A DNA stretch of 64,000 bases, from contig NC_135801.1 in the NCBI RefSeq assembly GCF_964213995.1, forward strand, positions 37,696,001-37,760,000, in the 5' to 3' direction. Within the stretch, counting starts at the first letter, position 1. Every line of letters begins with the position of its first letter. This document shows, piece by piece, positions 37,249 through 49,914 of the stretch. Position numbers and translations under genes: made by a program. The stretch is from Mustelus asterias (taxonomy: Eukaryota). The notes under the pieces are model-generated. The model did no database searches and was not told the DNA's origin. It saw only the letters and a program-made list of their open reading frames with translations.

Positions 37249-37570
37249 TCATAGAATCCCTACAGTGCAGAAGGCCATTCGGCACATCGAGCCTGCACCA
37301 ACAACAATCCCACCCAGCCCCTATCCTCGTAACCCCATGTATTTACCCTGTTAATCCCCTTAACCTACACATCTTGGGACACTAAGGGGCAATTTTGCAT
37401 GGCCAATCAACCTAACCCGCACATCTTTGGATATGGGAGCACCCAGAGAAAACCCACGCAGACAAAGGGAGAACGCACAAACTCCACACAGTCACCCGAG
37501 GCCGGAATTCAACCCAGGTCCCTGGTGCTGTGATGCAGCAGTACTAACCACTGTGCCACCATGCCACCCC
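37249..37570 (-). mobile_element. HE1-like V-SINE, CR1-type tail
   Basis: Same head, core and tail as the other copies. Confidence 0.85.
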
Positions 37571-37649
37571 GGCAACTTCAGTGCAACTCATAGCGGAACT
37601 AAATCATACTGCATTCAAATCAGGAAAGAAAATGTTCTAATATGCTCTT

Positions 37650-39245
37650 ATCAAAGTCACAAATTACATCCTTTGTGACTGTGGTAAAGGTCCCTCCTTG
37701 TCCTTCTTGATCTGCCAGCAGCCTTCAACACACTTTATTTTCCACTGCCTCTCCACTCGTGTCCAGCTGGGACTCCTCTAAGTATCTTCTTGTCTTTCTA
37801 ATCATCTCAAAGTATCACTTACAATGGTTTCTCTTCCTGCTCCCATAGTTACCTCTAGTGTTTCCCAGAGATCTATCCTCGGCTTCCCCATGTTTCTTAT
37901 CTATATAAAAGTAAAATACTGAAGATGCTAGAAATCTGAAATAAAAACAGAAAATGCTGGTTAAATGCAGCAAGTCTGGCAGCATCTGTGGCGGGAGAAA
38001 CAGAATTAATGTTTTGAGTCCATGTCCTAATTAGCACCAGGTCCTGTCACCCATCACCCCTGTGCTCACCGACTTACACTGATGATCGGTCAAGCAAAGT
38101 CTTAATTTTGAAATTCTCATCCAGTTTCTAAATCCCTCCATGGCTCTACTCCCCACCCCCAACTTTTAATCTCCTCTTACCACTTAACACTCCGCAAAAT
38201 ACACTTTAATCTAGTTCATCACATTAAAGGTGCTTTTCAAATATGAGTTGTTGTAATGGTTTGTTTTCACCTTGTGTGAAAGAAAAGGTACATGCCAACA
38301 AAACCCTGCCAGATTGAAGTACAGAGTGCACAGATTCTTTCAGGTTGGACTATGTCCATAATCTCTTGTCCCATGTAGAGCAGACAGGCATTTTAACTGA
38401 ACGCCAAAACAGTAGGATACATTGATCCACAACAAAAGTTAATTAATTTCCCCCATAGGGACTTCCACTGGGAGCCACAGTACACAGTGAAGCACAGTAA
38501 GCTCAATTCTAAGGCCGTGATTCCTTAACTTTAATTTATAATCATCGCCTAATATTTCTGGATCCATATAAAGGGTCAGAAAACATGACCTCACTACACT
38601 GTTTCAAGTATTCACCAGGAAGTCAGTAATGAATCAAAGTAAACGCAAAAGAGTGAACTTATACCATTCCCAGCCAAGCGATAACAACTTGCATTAATAT
38701 AGCATCTTCAACACAGTGAAGTATCTCATGGCATCTCACAGGAGCATTATCAGATAACATTTGACACCTAGCCACATAAAGAAATAATACGGCAGATGGT
38801 CAAAAGCTTGGTTAAAGAGATATGTTTTAAGTACCATGAGAAGTAGGAAAGTGAAGAGGTTTAGGGAGTTCAAAAGTTAGGATTTCAGCAGCTGACAGCG
38901 CAGCCACCAATGGTGATGCTCAAGAAGCCCTTACTGGAGAAGCACACAATGGCTGCGGGCCCAGAGGAGGTCACAGTGATTGGGAGGTGAAAAGCCATCT
39001 AGGCACTTGAAACAGAGATGATTATTTTAAAATCGAGGCACTGATTGGGAGCCAATGCAGCTCAGCAAAAACAGGGGTGATCAATGAATGAAACTTGGTA
39101 TGAGTTAGGATATATGCAGCAGGGTTTTGCACGACTACAAGTTTATCAACGGTGGTAGTTCAGGGACATATCAGGAATGCTTTGCAACAGTCAAGGCTAG
39201 ATGTAATAGAAGTACGGGTTTCAGCAGCAGATGAGCTGAAGCAGC
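37650..39245. mobile_element. Decayed L2-like fragments in both orientations, with a Penelope-type terminus at 37912-38020 (-)
   Basis: CACCCATCACCCCTGTGCTCACCGACTTACACTG (+) and ACTGATTGGGAGCCAATGCAG...ACAGGGGTGAT (-); AACTTGCATTAATATAGCA tail. Confidence 0.55.
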
Positions 39246-39259
39246 TGTTAATATAATCT

Positions 39260-40250
39260 ATTCTTTCATGGGATATGAATGTCACTGGCAAAGCCAACAT
39301 TTGTTGCCCATCCCTAATTCCCCATGAAAGGGTGCTAATGAGCCAGCTATTCAAACCTCTACAGTCCATCTGGTGCAGGTACACCTACGCAGCTGTTCAG
39401 ATGGACATTCCAAGATTCTGATCCAGTGACACTGGAGGAACGGTGATATAGTTCCAAGTCAGGATGGTGTGTGGCTTGGAGGGGAATTTTCATAGTCATA
39501 AGCATCTGCTGCCCTAATTCTTTTAGGTGGCAGAGGTCACGGGTTTCAAATTTGCTGTTGAAGATGGCCTGTCAAGCTGCTGTGGTGAATCTTGCATACA
39601 GTACACACTGCTGCCACTGTGCACCAGTAATGGAGTGAATGAATGTTTAGGTTGGTGAATAGGGTGTCAATCATATGGACTTCTTTGCCTTGGATGTTGT
39701 TGAGCTTTTTGAGCATTGTCAAAGTTGCATTCGTCCAAGCAAGTGGAGAGTATTCCATCATACTTCTGATTTGTGCCTTGTAGATGGTGGACAGGCTTTG
39801 GGGAGACTTGCTGCAGGATTCCCAATCTCTGACCTGCTCTTGTAGCCACAACATTTATGGCTAATCCAGTTCAATTTCTGGTCAATGGCAACCCCCCAAG
39901 ACGTTGATGGTGGGGGATTGGGTAATGATAATGCCATTAAATGTTAAAGGGCGATGGTTAGACTCTCTTTTTTTCGAGATAGTCATTGCCTAGCACTTGT
40001 GCGGCACAGACGTTAGTTGCCACTTGTTTCTCAAGCCTGAAACCTGTCCACATCTTGCTGCTTATGGGCACAGACTGCTTCAGTAAGTGAGGAATTGAGA
40101 ATTGTATTGAACACTGCAATCATCAGCAAACATCCCCACATATGATGGAGGAAAAGCAGCTGAAGATGGTTGGGCCTAGGACACAACCGTGAGTTACTCC
40201 AGCAGCAATGTCCTGAGACTGAGATGATTTGCCTCCAACACTCACAACCA
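39260..40250 (-). mobile_element. Decayed CR1/L2-group LINE (family B)
   Basis: RAGQRLGIL, SLSTIYKAQIRSMMEYSPLAW, AGVTHGCVLGPTIFSCF motifs. Confidence 0.8.
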
Positions 40251-40374
40251 TAACGGCTAATGCGTGCTGTTGTTTGTCATGCCCATTTCCATTCTTCATT
40301 GAACCAGGGTGGATTTCCTTGGCTTGATGGCAATGACAGAGTGATAGATATGCAGGATACAGATTGCCGTAACA

Positions 40375-41350
40375 GGTAGACGCTAAGAGGTTGCTTCCCT
40401 TGTGGGACAGTCTAGGATCAGAGGACATAATTTCAGACTAAGTGGTTGTCCATTTAAAACAGAGCTGAGGAGGAATTTCTACTCTTAAGAGGGTAGTTAA
40501 TCTGTGGCATTCTTTACTGCAGAGGGCTTTAGAGGTTGGGTTGTTAAGCATGTTCAAGTCTGAGATAGACAGATTTTTAATCGTAAGGGAATCAAGGGTT
40601 ATGGAGATAGAAGATAAGGCAGGAAAGTGAGTTGAGGATTATCGTCAACCAGCCATGATCCCACTGAATGGCAGAGTAGACTTGATGGGCTGATTAGCCT
40701 ACTTCTGCTCCTATGTCTTATGAACTAATCTATCCATCTCATTCTTGACTGTATTCAATGATGGAAAGTCCACAACACCATGGGATAGACAATTCCGAAG
40801 GTTCACAACACTGAATTAAGAAATTTCTCCTCATCTCAGTCCTAAATTATCAACCACTTATCTGAAGGCTGTGCCCGTGTTCCGGATTCCCAGAGAGTAT
40901 AGGCTCAGATTATTCAGCCTCTCATTTTAGAACAACACTCTCATTCTAGGAATCAATCTACTTAACTATCACTGTACCTCTTCAAAGCCAAGTATAACTT
41001 CTCTTAGCCATGGAAACCAAAACTGTAAACAGTACTCCAGTTATGTTCTTACCAAACTTATACAACTGTAGCAAGACTTCCTTATTTTTGCGCTCCACAC
41101 TCCTTGCAAAAAAGACAAACATGCTACTTGCCATCCTAATTGCTTCGATATTCTAACTTTGTGTTCCTTGTATGAACGCACTCAAAGTTCTCTGCAAAAT
41201 CAACACACCTTTTTTAAAAACTTGCTTTTTGCTCAAAGTGAACAACCTAACACTTGGCAACTCATTTGTACATCTCTTTGTAGCCTTTTGTGTCTTCCTC
41301 AGAAGTTACACCTAACTTTCTATCATCAGCAAACTTAGATACATTTCTCC
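40375..41350. mobile_element. CR1 3' end (+, ~40375-40722) abutting a decayed minus-strand CR1 (~40725-41350)
   Basis: AGAGCTGAGGAGGAATTTC and CCTACTTCTGCTCCTATGTCTTATG on plus; complementary motifs downstream. Confidence 0.75.
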
Positions 41351-41708
41351 AGGTGTGGGGGGTGGGGGCGGGGAACCACACACAAATCCCCTGGTAAACT
41401 GAACATGTGAGCAAAAAACTTACCATTATTTATAGTCTTCTAATATTGTTGGTCGATGAATAGACATTTGAATATTACTGTTTATTAGGCATTAATTAAA
41501 ACTTAGATTTATTGGTGGTATTCTTTGGCCTATATGGTCCATTGGACTGCATATAAAATTTTGATTGAAAAAGATTGTGGGGAAAGTTGGTTCTATCGAT
41601 TAAAAGAGCTCGCTCGCTACCGCTTTGTTCCCAGGGATGGGGAAAAAAAACAAGCAAAAAATGTTTTGTGCCATAACAAAATTTGCATAACAAAGTCAAT
41701 CAAGTCTA

Positions 41709-41982
41709 TTTTTTAAAATCCAATTCAATGTCTCAACAAGTGAGACATTCCCGATCCAAGCTGACAAGACAGGGCTCTCACCTCCTGTCTTGGGCTTGAT
41801 CTACATGATCCAAGCTGATTGGACTAGGCATTGCACCTCCTCCAAGGCTTGATCATATTTACATCTTAGCCAAAAGGCCAAGATGCTGCTTTTAAAAATT
41901 GCTTCAAATGAAACTAAAACGTAACCTAATGACTTCAACCAAGTACAGCATGTCGATACCACACTTGATCTTAGCCAAAAGG
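41709..41982 (-). mobile_element. U2 snRNA-headed short interspersed repeat, copy 2
   Basis: Reverse complement reads CCTTTTGGCTAAGATCAAGTGTgGTATCGACATGCTG... and is colinear with 672-930, with scattered substitutions and unrelated flanks. Confidence 0.8.
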
Positions 41983-42059
41983 ACTCTGTATTTATCCTGT
42001 CAATTTACACATGTTAAATGATTATTGATGAGTAGCAGTCTAAATAAAGTGGAACATAC

Positions 42060-42157
42060 CTTCAAACAAAATTTTGTGTTGCATGTTTCAGGAACAAAGT
42101 CATTGAAAGGTAATGAGAAGTCAATATTCAGTGTTTCTCCACATGCCGCTAAATATA
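42060..42157 (-). CDS. BLTP1: BLTP1 coding exon (VYLAACGETLNIDFSLPFNDFVPETCNTKFCLK)
   Basis: Acceptor ttctgttgcag|TA, donor GAAG|gtatgt; 98 nt, phase 1-0; continues the frame of the previous exon (G|TA = Val). Confidence 0.95.
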
Positions 42158-43374
42158 CTGCAACAGAATAACAACAGTAGTGCAATTAGAAATCCCTGAA
42201 GACTTTTGAATATATTAAATCTGATTGCAAATCTTTTGAAGTTGTTCAGTAAGTAAACAGGTTCTTCTGCATACAGTTGGAAGCTTTGTCCCCCAACATA
42301 GAAGGTTTGAACATAGTTCACAGAAATCAGAAACAAACATTCTACTTGAATATCAACCTTTAAACCTTGCATTTCCGGATACTTTCCAAGTTCTGTTTTC
42401 TCAAACAAAATTCAATCAAATTAGCCTGGCAAAGTGATATTAAATTTAGATGTTAACAGTTTTAGACAATGCTCATATCCAGTTCAGAACAAAAAAAATA
42501 TGGACTAAGAGGCACCAAATTAAAAAAAACGTCAGTAGTGTAGTTTTTCTCTTTGTAAAAGCTACACTTTGATGTGCACAAATCAATACCAGTGGATTCC
42601 CAGCAGCAGAGCTTGAATTCAAATCCTTAAAATGACTGAATTTTAACCTGTCTTCTCAAATATCTTAAACACAGCCTCTGTTTCCAACCAACCTCTCCTG
42701 CAAAAGCAATTTGGATTTTTATTTACCTCTTAAAGTTATTGGGCTTTAAATTTAAAGTCAAATCACAAACTTATGACTTCAGTTGTAAAACAATTTTAAT
42801 GTTCAAGATCAGATTTACAATTAAATTTGAGCCTTTTTTAATTTGTGATCTCTATTGTATGTGTCTTACCGTTACCTTCTCATAACGTGATTGGTGATTG
42901 CAAAAAAAATCTGCAGTCTCAACCATGCTGAGTTGAGCTTTTTATTTATCAGGGGGCCCTTGAAATTCAAAATGGCAGATGAAAAAAATTAGGTGTCCTA
43001 CTGAGCATTATAACAAATATCGAAAAGTCTGCACCCTTCCTTCTCTGTCCTAGAACTGACCTACTTAATTCATTGTATTGGAAATGTGCCAGTGAAGAGA
43101 AGTCCTTAAGGTATGATTCAGCACAAAATTGAAATGTTCACTTAGCATATTAGTTTGAATACCTGACTCTGGAGACATTGCCTGTACTGTACTTGATTGT
43201 TGCTGTTGAATTTGAACAGCCTACATATTATACACGACAAATTATGATTTTTTTGACATTTTTTAAATACAAGCATAATTGGTTAAATTGGAATCAAAGA
43301 AGAATATCCACCTAGTTAATACAGCCATGATGATCATAGAGAAACTCAAGCATTTTTACTATAATATGCTCCAT

Positions 43375-43752
43375 CACAGCCTCCCATCCATTAACTCTGT
43401 CTACACTTCTCGCTGCCTCGGCAAAGCAGCCAGCATAATTAAGGACCCCACGCACCCCGGACATTCTCTCTTTCACCACCTTCTGTCGGGAAAAAGATAC
43501 AACAGTCTGAGGTCATGTACCAATCGACTAAAGAACAGCTTCTTCCCTGCTGCCATCAGACTTTTGAATGGACCTACCTTGCATTAAGTTGATCTTTCTC
43601 TACACCCTAGCTATGACTGTAACACTGTATTCTGCACTCTCTTGTTTCCTTATCTATGAATGGTATGCTTTGTCTATATAGCGCATAAGAAACAATACTT
43701 TTCGCTGTACGCTAATATGTGTGACAATAATAAGTCAAAGCAAATCAAATAG
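43375..43752 (+). mobile_element. Rex1/Babar-clade LINE 3' end
   Basis: RCLGKAASIIKDPTHPGHSLF...SGKRY...TNRLKNSFFPAAIRLLN; tail GTGACAATAATAAGTCAAAGCAAATCAAAT. Confidence 0.8.
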
Positions 43753-44799
43753 AGCATTTTCAACTTCATTCTGGTGGATTGCACAATCTGAGGCTTCGCT
43801 ACCTCTGAATCGGTTCCAATGTAGTTTATGTGGGTAGTTCAAATGCATCCTATGTGCGAATATGAAAGAACCACTTCAGATGAACTTAGATATTGATATT
43901 GATTTTCATATTATGAATCAGACATTTTTTTATTAATAATTTCAATAATTTCTCAAAGGTGTAATTTTTTCAAACTTAAAATTGTGATGAAATAGTGATG
44001 CAAGTTATTGAGATTTATATTTTTTAAATTGATTTTAATTACCGGACATCTGAAAATCTGCATATAACATTCCAAAACTCAAAAAAACTTCAACTCAATG
44101 AAATATTCAATTTTTACTTTGAAAAATATATTTTACACTTTTAAGTTTGCATTTGTTCCTAATGGGTAAATTATACACCAGTTTAGAGTAGTATTTTGAG
44201 TTGTTAGTTATCAGATACTCAGTTTAAGAACCCAATAAGTTATAAATGATTTTACATTTAACTGAGTGAAGTGACATATAACTCCAGCACATATAACTTC
44301 ATCCCAGCATGCTTGCTGTGGTTCTTTGAAAGAGCCACCAATTATTCCACTCCTTTCCCACAACACTGCATTTTCCCCTTATCTAGAAATCCAATTCACC
44401 TTTGAAAGTTTCAATTGAATCTGCTTCTAGCACTATTTCATACATTGCAACCTAGTCGTAATAACATGCCGAGTAAAAACAAAAATCGCCATTTCTGCTC
44501 AACATTTTTTTGCCAATTAAAGTCTCAGTCCTCTAGATACTGGTCTTTCCATCAGCGGAAAGAGTTTCCTCCTGATCTAATCCATCAAAATCTCTCAATT
44601 TTGTACACCTCTATTAAATCTCCTGAATCTTCTCTGCTCCAAGGAAAATAATGCAACTTCTCTCGTCTATCCACATAACTAAGTTCCCTTTATAGCAAAC
44701 CGCCGCTGCATCCTCTCCAAGGCCTACACATTCTCATGTACTCAATATTGTAAACAATACCCGGGCTGAGGACTAACCAGTGATTTATAAAACTTTAGT

Positions 44800-45600
44800 A
44801 TTGTTGAAAAAAAGACATTGCAAGGGAAATCAACAAATTTATATTGTATGAGAGTGCAGATTGGTTGGCAAGTGGACTCTGATTGGTAGAGGTGATGCCA
44901 ATGAGAATACGCCAGTTGAATGATGACTGACAATTAACTGCCGAGCATTGTTTGCAATTTAAACCGGGCAACTTGACTCTTAATGGCCAAGGTAGTGCCT
45001 GAGGAGTGAACCAGCGAACGGTTGTTACTTATTTTGTAGAGCTGAAACAGGCACAACGTGTGTACATGTTCCATTTTTCTGCAAAGAACAGAGCCCTGTG
45101 TACTGATATATGTAGTTTCCAATATACGAAAAAACACCACAATGCGCACCTGACTGACAATCATAAATTGGATGTCAGCATAATGCTTAGCACGAGGATT
45201 ATTTAACAAATGTTGGCCAATCGCGGAATTGCACCTAATGTTGAACACTGTGTTTTGACTTTTGCAGGCATAGGCTGGTTAGGCACAGCGTGTACCTTGC
45301 CTGTTGCGAACGTAAAAAAAGGAACATGGTGTTTGATATGATCCGCCAGTCTTTGGGATGTATGGCCTACATACCTAGCATTACACTTACACTGAAATTC
45401 ATAAACCGTATTACTCATTTGTGTGATAGCCAGGTAGTTTTTCTGGCTCAGCGGCAGCACCCAGTTAGTGGAAAATATTATTCATGCTGCCAATGCATAA
45501 TAGCAGCATGGGTCAGTATGAGTCAGCCAGCCTCACCTGTTGTTCAGATTTTTGAGATACCTTGCCCTTCCTGGGTAATCGGAGGTAGATTGGGCACTTT
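44800..45600 (-). mobile_element. Penelope-like element remnant (GIY-YIG endonuclease region), next to a decayed CR1 (~44300-44800)
   Basis: VYEFQCKCNARYVGHTSQRLADHIKHH and SAIGQHLLNN...ILETTYI in two frames. Confidence 0.8.
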
Positions 45601-45603
45601 TCA

Positions 45604-45950
45604 GGGTGGCACATTGATTGGCACTGCTGCCTTACAGTGCCAGGGTCCCAGATTCAATTCCAGACTTGGGTAACTGTCTGTAAGGAGTTTGCACATTCTC
45701 CCCATGTCTGTGTGGGTTTCCTCTGGGTGCTCAGGTTTCCTCCCACAATCCAAAGATGTGCAGGTTAGGTGGATTGACCATGCTAATTTGACCCTCAGTG
45801 TCCAAAGATGTGTATGTTATGGGGATTAGTGGGGTAAATATTTGGGGTTACAAGGAAAGGGCCTGGGTAATTTGCTCTGTCAAAGAATCAGTGCAGACTC
45901 GATGGGCTGAATTTCCTCCTTCAGAACTATAGGGTTTCTAGATTCTATGA
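45604..45950 (+). mobile_element. HE1-like V-SINE, CR1-type tail
   Basis: B box GATTCAATTCC, V-domain, tail GACTCGATGGGCTGAA...GATTCTATGA. Confidence 0.85.
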
Positions 45951-46082
45951 AAAGTGACGGCCTTAAGCCTGCCCCTGATCAGATCATTTTACGTTATATA
46001 TCGCATGAGCCCAGACAATATTTTCCAATATCTGGCTCATTCTACAATCCATCTTGTACATGTGAATGTATAGTTGTAAATT

Positions 46083-46358
46083 GTGGCACAGTGGTTAGCT
46101 GGACCAGGACCCAGGTTTGATTGCCAGCTTGGATCACTGTCTGTGCAGAATCTGCATGTTCTCCCAGTGTCTGCGTGGTTTTCCTCCAGGTGCTCCGGTT
46201 TCCTCTCAGTCTGAAAGGCCTGCTGGTTAGATGCATTGGCCATGCTAAATTCTCCCAAAATAGGCGCTGGAGTGTGCCGACTAGGGGATTTTCACAGTAA
46301 CTTCATTGTAGTGTTAATGTAAGCCTACTTGTGACATCAATAAATAAACTTTAAACTT
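46083..46358 (+). mobile_element. V-SINE variant with alternative (non-CR1) tail
   Basis: HE1-like head and core, then GACTAGGGGATTTTCACAGTAACTTCATTG...GTGACATCAATAAATAAACTTTAAACTT. Confidence 0.85.
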
Positions 46359-48205
46359 AGCACTGGCAGAGACAAGGAAGTAAACTTTTCTTCCAATTTG
46401 GATAGAAAGGTGGTTAGTGAGGAAAGACCAAAGAATGGAAGGAAAGAAAAACCCCAACATATCAACACAAAGCAAATTAGTTGTTAAATTTGGTGAAATG
46501 CAAAAAGAAAATTCAGGATTACTGAAATGTTTCTAGCAGAATTATGGAATAGTTTAGACTAATGGCCCAATGTATGACAAAACTCAAGTTTATTTAGCTG
46601 ATGGCAGTTCGCCACCAATGTAGGACACACATGCTCAAATTATCCCAGATCCTTACTGCTGAGAGGGCACGTGGACTTTCATTCAGAATTTCTCCAATAT
46701 CCATTTGGCTGACTATCATTAGCACTTTGTAAACATGTATATGAGATCCATGCACGTTTCTAAACATGCCTATTCACAAAAGAAATTTCAGCTTTTGACA
46801 AACAGTACATGCTTACAATTTATTAACTTGTTAGATACAGGTAGCAATTTTAAGCTCCAAGGACAGGTAAGTTGTGAGACCAGAGTGGGAGATAGTCGCA
46901 GAGTCATACTGTTAAGAAAAGGCCCGTTGGTCCATCGAGTCTCCAATAACTTCCACTAAAGTCAGGCTAATTCCATTTTCCAGCACTTGTCCCATATCCT
47001 TGAATGTTACGATGTTTCAAGTCTCTGAATATCCTGCCTCAAAAAATTATGCCCTTCACGATTAACCCCTCAAACAAGGGGAATAGCTGCCTCCTATTCA
47101 CCCTGTCCATACCCCTAATAATCTTATAGACCTCAATCATGTCACCTCTCAGCCTTCTCTGCCATAAAGAAAACAATCCAAGCCTTTCCAATCTCTCCTT
47201 ATAGCTCAAAAATGCTCCATCCCAGGCGACATCCTGGTGAACCTCCTCTGTGCTCCCTCTAGTGCAATCACATCCTTCCTATAGTGAGGTGACCAAAATT
47301 GTACACATTACTCCAGCTGTGACCTAATCAACATTCTGTACAGCTCTAACATTACCTCCCTGCTCTTATATTTTATGCCGCGGCTGATAAAATATGCCTT
47401 CTTAACTATCCTATTCACCTGCTCTGCTGCGTTCAGGGATCTGTGAATAAGTACCCCAAAATCCATCTGTTCCACTGAGCTTCCTAATGTTCTGCCATTC
47501 ATTAAAAATTCCCTTGTCTTGTTATATCTCCCAAAGTGCATCACCTCATACTTATCAGGGTTAAATACCATCGGCCACTGCTCTGCCCATATGACCAACT
47601 CATCAATATCTCCCTGTAACCTATTACCTTCTTCTTCACTATTAACCACGCTACCAATCTTAGTGTCACCTGAAAACTTGCTTATCATTCCCCCCCCCCA
47701 CATTACCATCTGTACTATTTATGTATATAACAAACAATAAGGGTCCCACCATTAAACCTTGTGATATGCCACTGAACACCAGCCTCCATCCACTCAAAAA
47801 GCCTTCTATCACCATCCTTTGTATCCTATTAGTAAGCCAGTTTCGGATCCATCTTGCCAAGTTTCCCTGAATTCCATGTGCTTCAATCTTCTCAATCAGT
47901 CTCCCATGTAGGGCCTTGTTAAAGGCTTTGCTAAAATCGATATAAACTACATCAACGGCACTTCCCTTATCCACACAATCACATTTTCAAAACTTCCATC
48001 AAATTTGTTAGGCATGTCCTCCCTCTGACAAAGCCATGAGGACTACTCCTAATTAATCCATGTCTTTTCAAGTAGAAATTAATTTTCTCCTTCAGAATTT
48101 TCTCACCACTGATGTGAGATTCACCAGTCTGTAATTTCCTGGTCATCTCTACCACTCTTCTTGAAAATTGGAACCATCCTCCAGTCCTCTGGCACTTCCC
48201 CCATG

Positions 48206-48398
48206 ATGTGGAGATGCCGGCGTTGGACTGGGGTGAACACAGTAAGAAGTCTCACAACACCAGGTTAAAGTCCAACAGGTTTATTTGGTAGCAAATACCA
48301 TAAGCTTTCGGAGCGCTGCTCCTTCGTCAGATGGAGTGGAAATGTGAGTGGTATTTGCTACCAGATAAACCTGTTGGACTTTAACCTGGTGTTGTGAG
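48206..48398 (-). mobile_element. Penelope-like pLTR with partial inverted copy and a 12-bp flanking direct repeat
   Basis: Homologous to 6311-6434; 48348-48402 is the inverted copy of 48247-48300; ACTTCCCCCATG at 48194-48205 and 48399-48410. Confidence 0.85.
48298..48334 (-). ncRNA. Minimal type I hammerhead ribozyme
   Basis: Minus strand CCAT-CTGACGA-A-GGAGC(AGC)GCTCC-GAAA-GC-TT-ATGG. Confidence 0.78.
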
Positions 48399-49617
48399 AC
48401 TTCCCCCATGGCCAGAGAGGAATTAAAAATGTGTGTCAGAGCCCCTGCAATTTTCTGCCTCACCTCCCACAACAGCCTGGGATGCAATTTATCCAGGCTT
48501 AGGAATTTGTCCATTTTTAAGCCCGTAAGAGTCTCCATTACCTCCTCATTTCCTATGTCAAAAGGTGCAAATTCCTCAGTCCCTTTTCTTGAATTCTGTA
48601 CCTAAATTCTCCTTTTCCTGAGTGAAGACCAATGTGAAGTATTCATTTTAACACCCTTCCAATGTCCTGCAGTTTCACTCACAGATCGCCCCTTTGGTCT
48701 CTATTGGGCCTCTTTCCCTGATTAATCTCTTCCCCTTAATGTGTTTATAGAATATCTTAGAATTCTCCCTAATCTTGTTCGCAAATCCTTTTTTGAGCCC
48801 CCTTTTTGCTCCTGAAAATGTTAGGATTCTCAAACCTAACCTGCCTTCAACCAACTCATCTCTGGTTTTAACAGAGGTGAATTAGAGGGTAGGCAACCAA
48901 TCAACTCTCAGGAGGCAGGCCGGTCATTAAAATCTTTTAAGGAGGCTGCATTTCCGGAGCGTTTTTTTCAAAACTCAGACCAGGATTCATAGGCCTCAGG
49001 AATCCAGCAGGTAAAAGGAGGTAAGAGTAGCAGAATCCATTGGATAAGCGTTTTCAATGCACTGCTTGAAGGCCAGAGAAGCAGGAGTGTTCCTCCAGAC
49101 CCCAAACTTTCCTTTACATAAATCAACCCCCCGTGATCAGCTGACTCCCACCCTGCTTCATGGCATCTGCTTTCCAACTGGTTTCACACCCAACAGCAGC
49201 AAGGCAGCTTTTCATTTTCACAGTTTAGCAAAAAAAGTAGAGGACATCGGCAATTAATTTATGGAAGGTGTGTAGTGAAGTGATACTTTGAGGTTTCCTG
49301 TCCAAAACATCCTCCTACACTCCCTTCTCACTCTATTCTAGCACTTGGTAATTATTGGGACCAATGAGTTTGAGAATTAAAAAAAACTTGCATTTATAGC
49401 ATCGTTCTTATTCTTAGAATATCCCAAAACACTTGCAGCTAATTACCTACTTATAAATATGTCACTATTGTACTGCAGGCAAAAACTGAAATGAATTTGT
49501 GCACAACTATATCCTATAAACAGCTTTGAGTTAAATGACCAGATAATCTGTTTTAGTAGTTATTTGAAGGATAAGTCTTACCAAGGCACAGGATGAACAC
49601 CCTGCTCTATCTGAGAG

Positions 49618-49910
49618 AGTTTAAGTTTTTTTATTAGTGTCACAAGTAGGCTTACATTAACAATGCAATGAAATTACTGTGAAAATCTCCTAGTTGCCAC
49701 ACTCTTAGCATCTGTTCAGGTAAACTGAGGGAGAACTTAGCATGGCCAATGCACCTAAACCAGCATGTCTTTCGGACTGTGGGTGGAAACCCACGCAGAC
49801 ACGGGGAGAAAGTGCAGACTCTGCACAGACAGTGACCCAGGCCGGACTTGAACCCAGGTTCCTGGCGCTGTGAGGCAGCAGTGCTAACCACTGTGCCACC
49901 GTGATTGCCC
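49618..49910 (-). mobile_element. V-SINE variant with alternative tail
   Basis: Same organisation as 46083-46358. Confidence 0.85.
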
Positions 49911-49914
49911 ATAA

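Larger units (their letters stand above)
46900..48810 (-). mobile_element. Moderately decayed CR1 LINE interrupted by a hammerhead element
   Basis: AVDVVYIDFSKAFNKALHGRL, ISKFSGDTKIG and KLHPRLLWEVR motifs. Confidence 0.9.
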
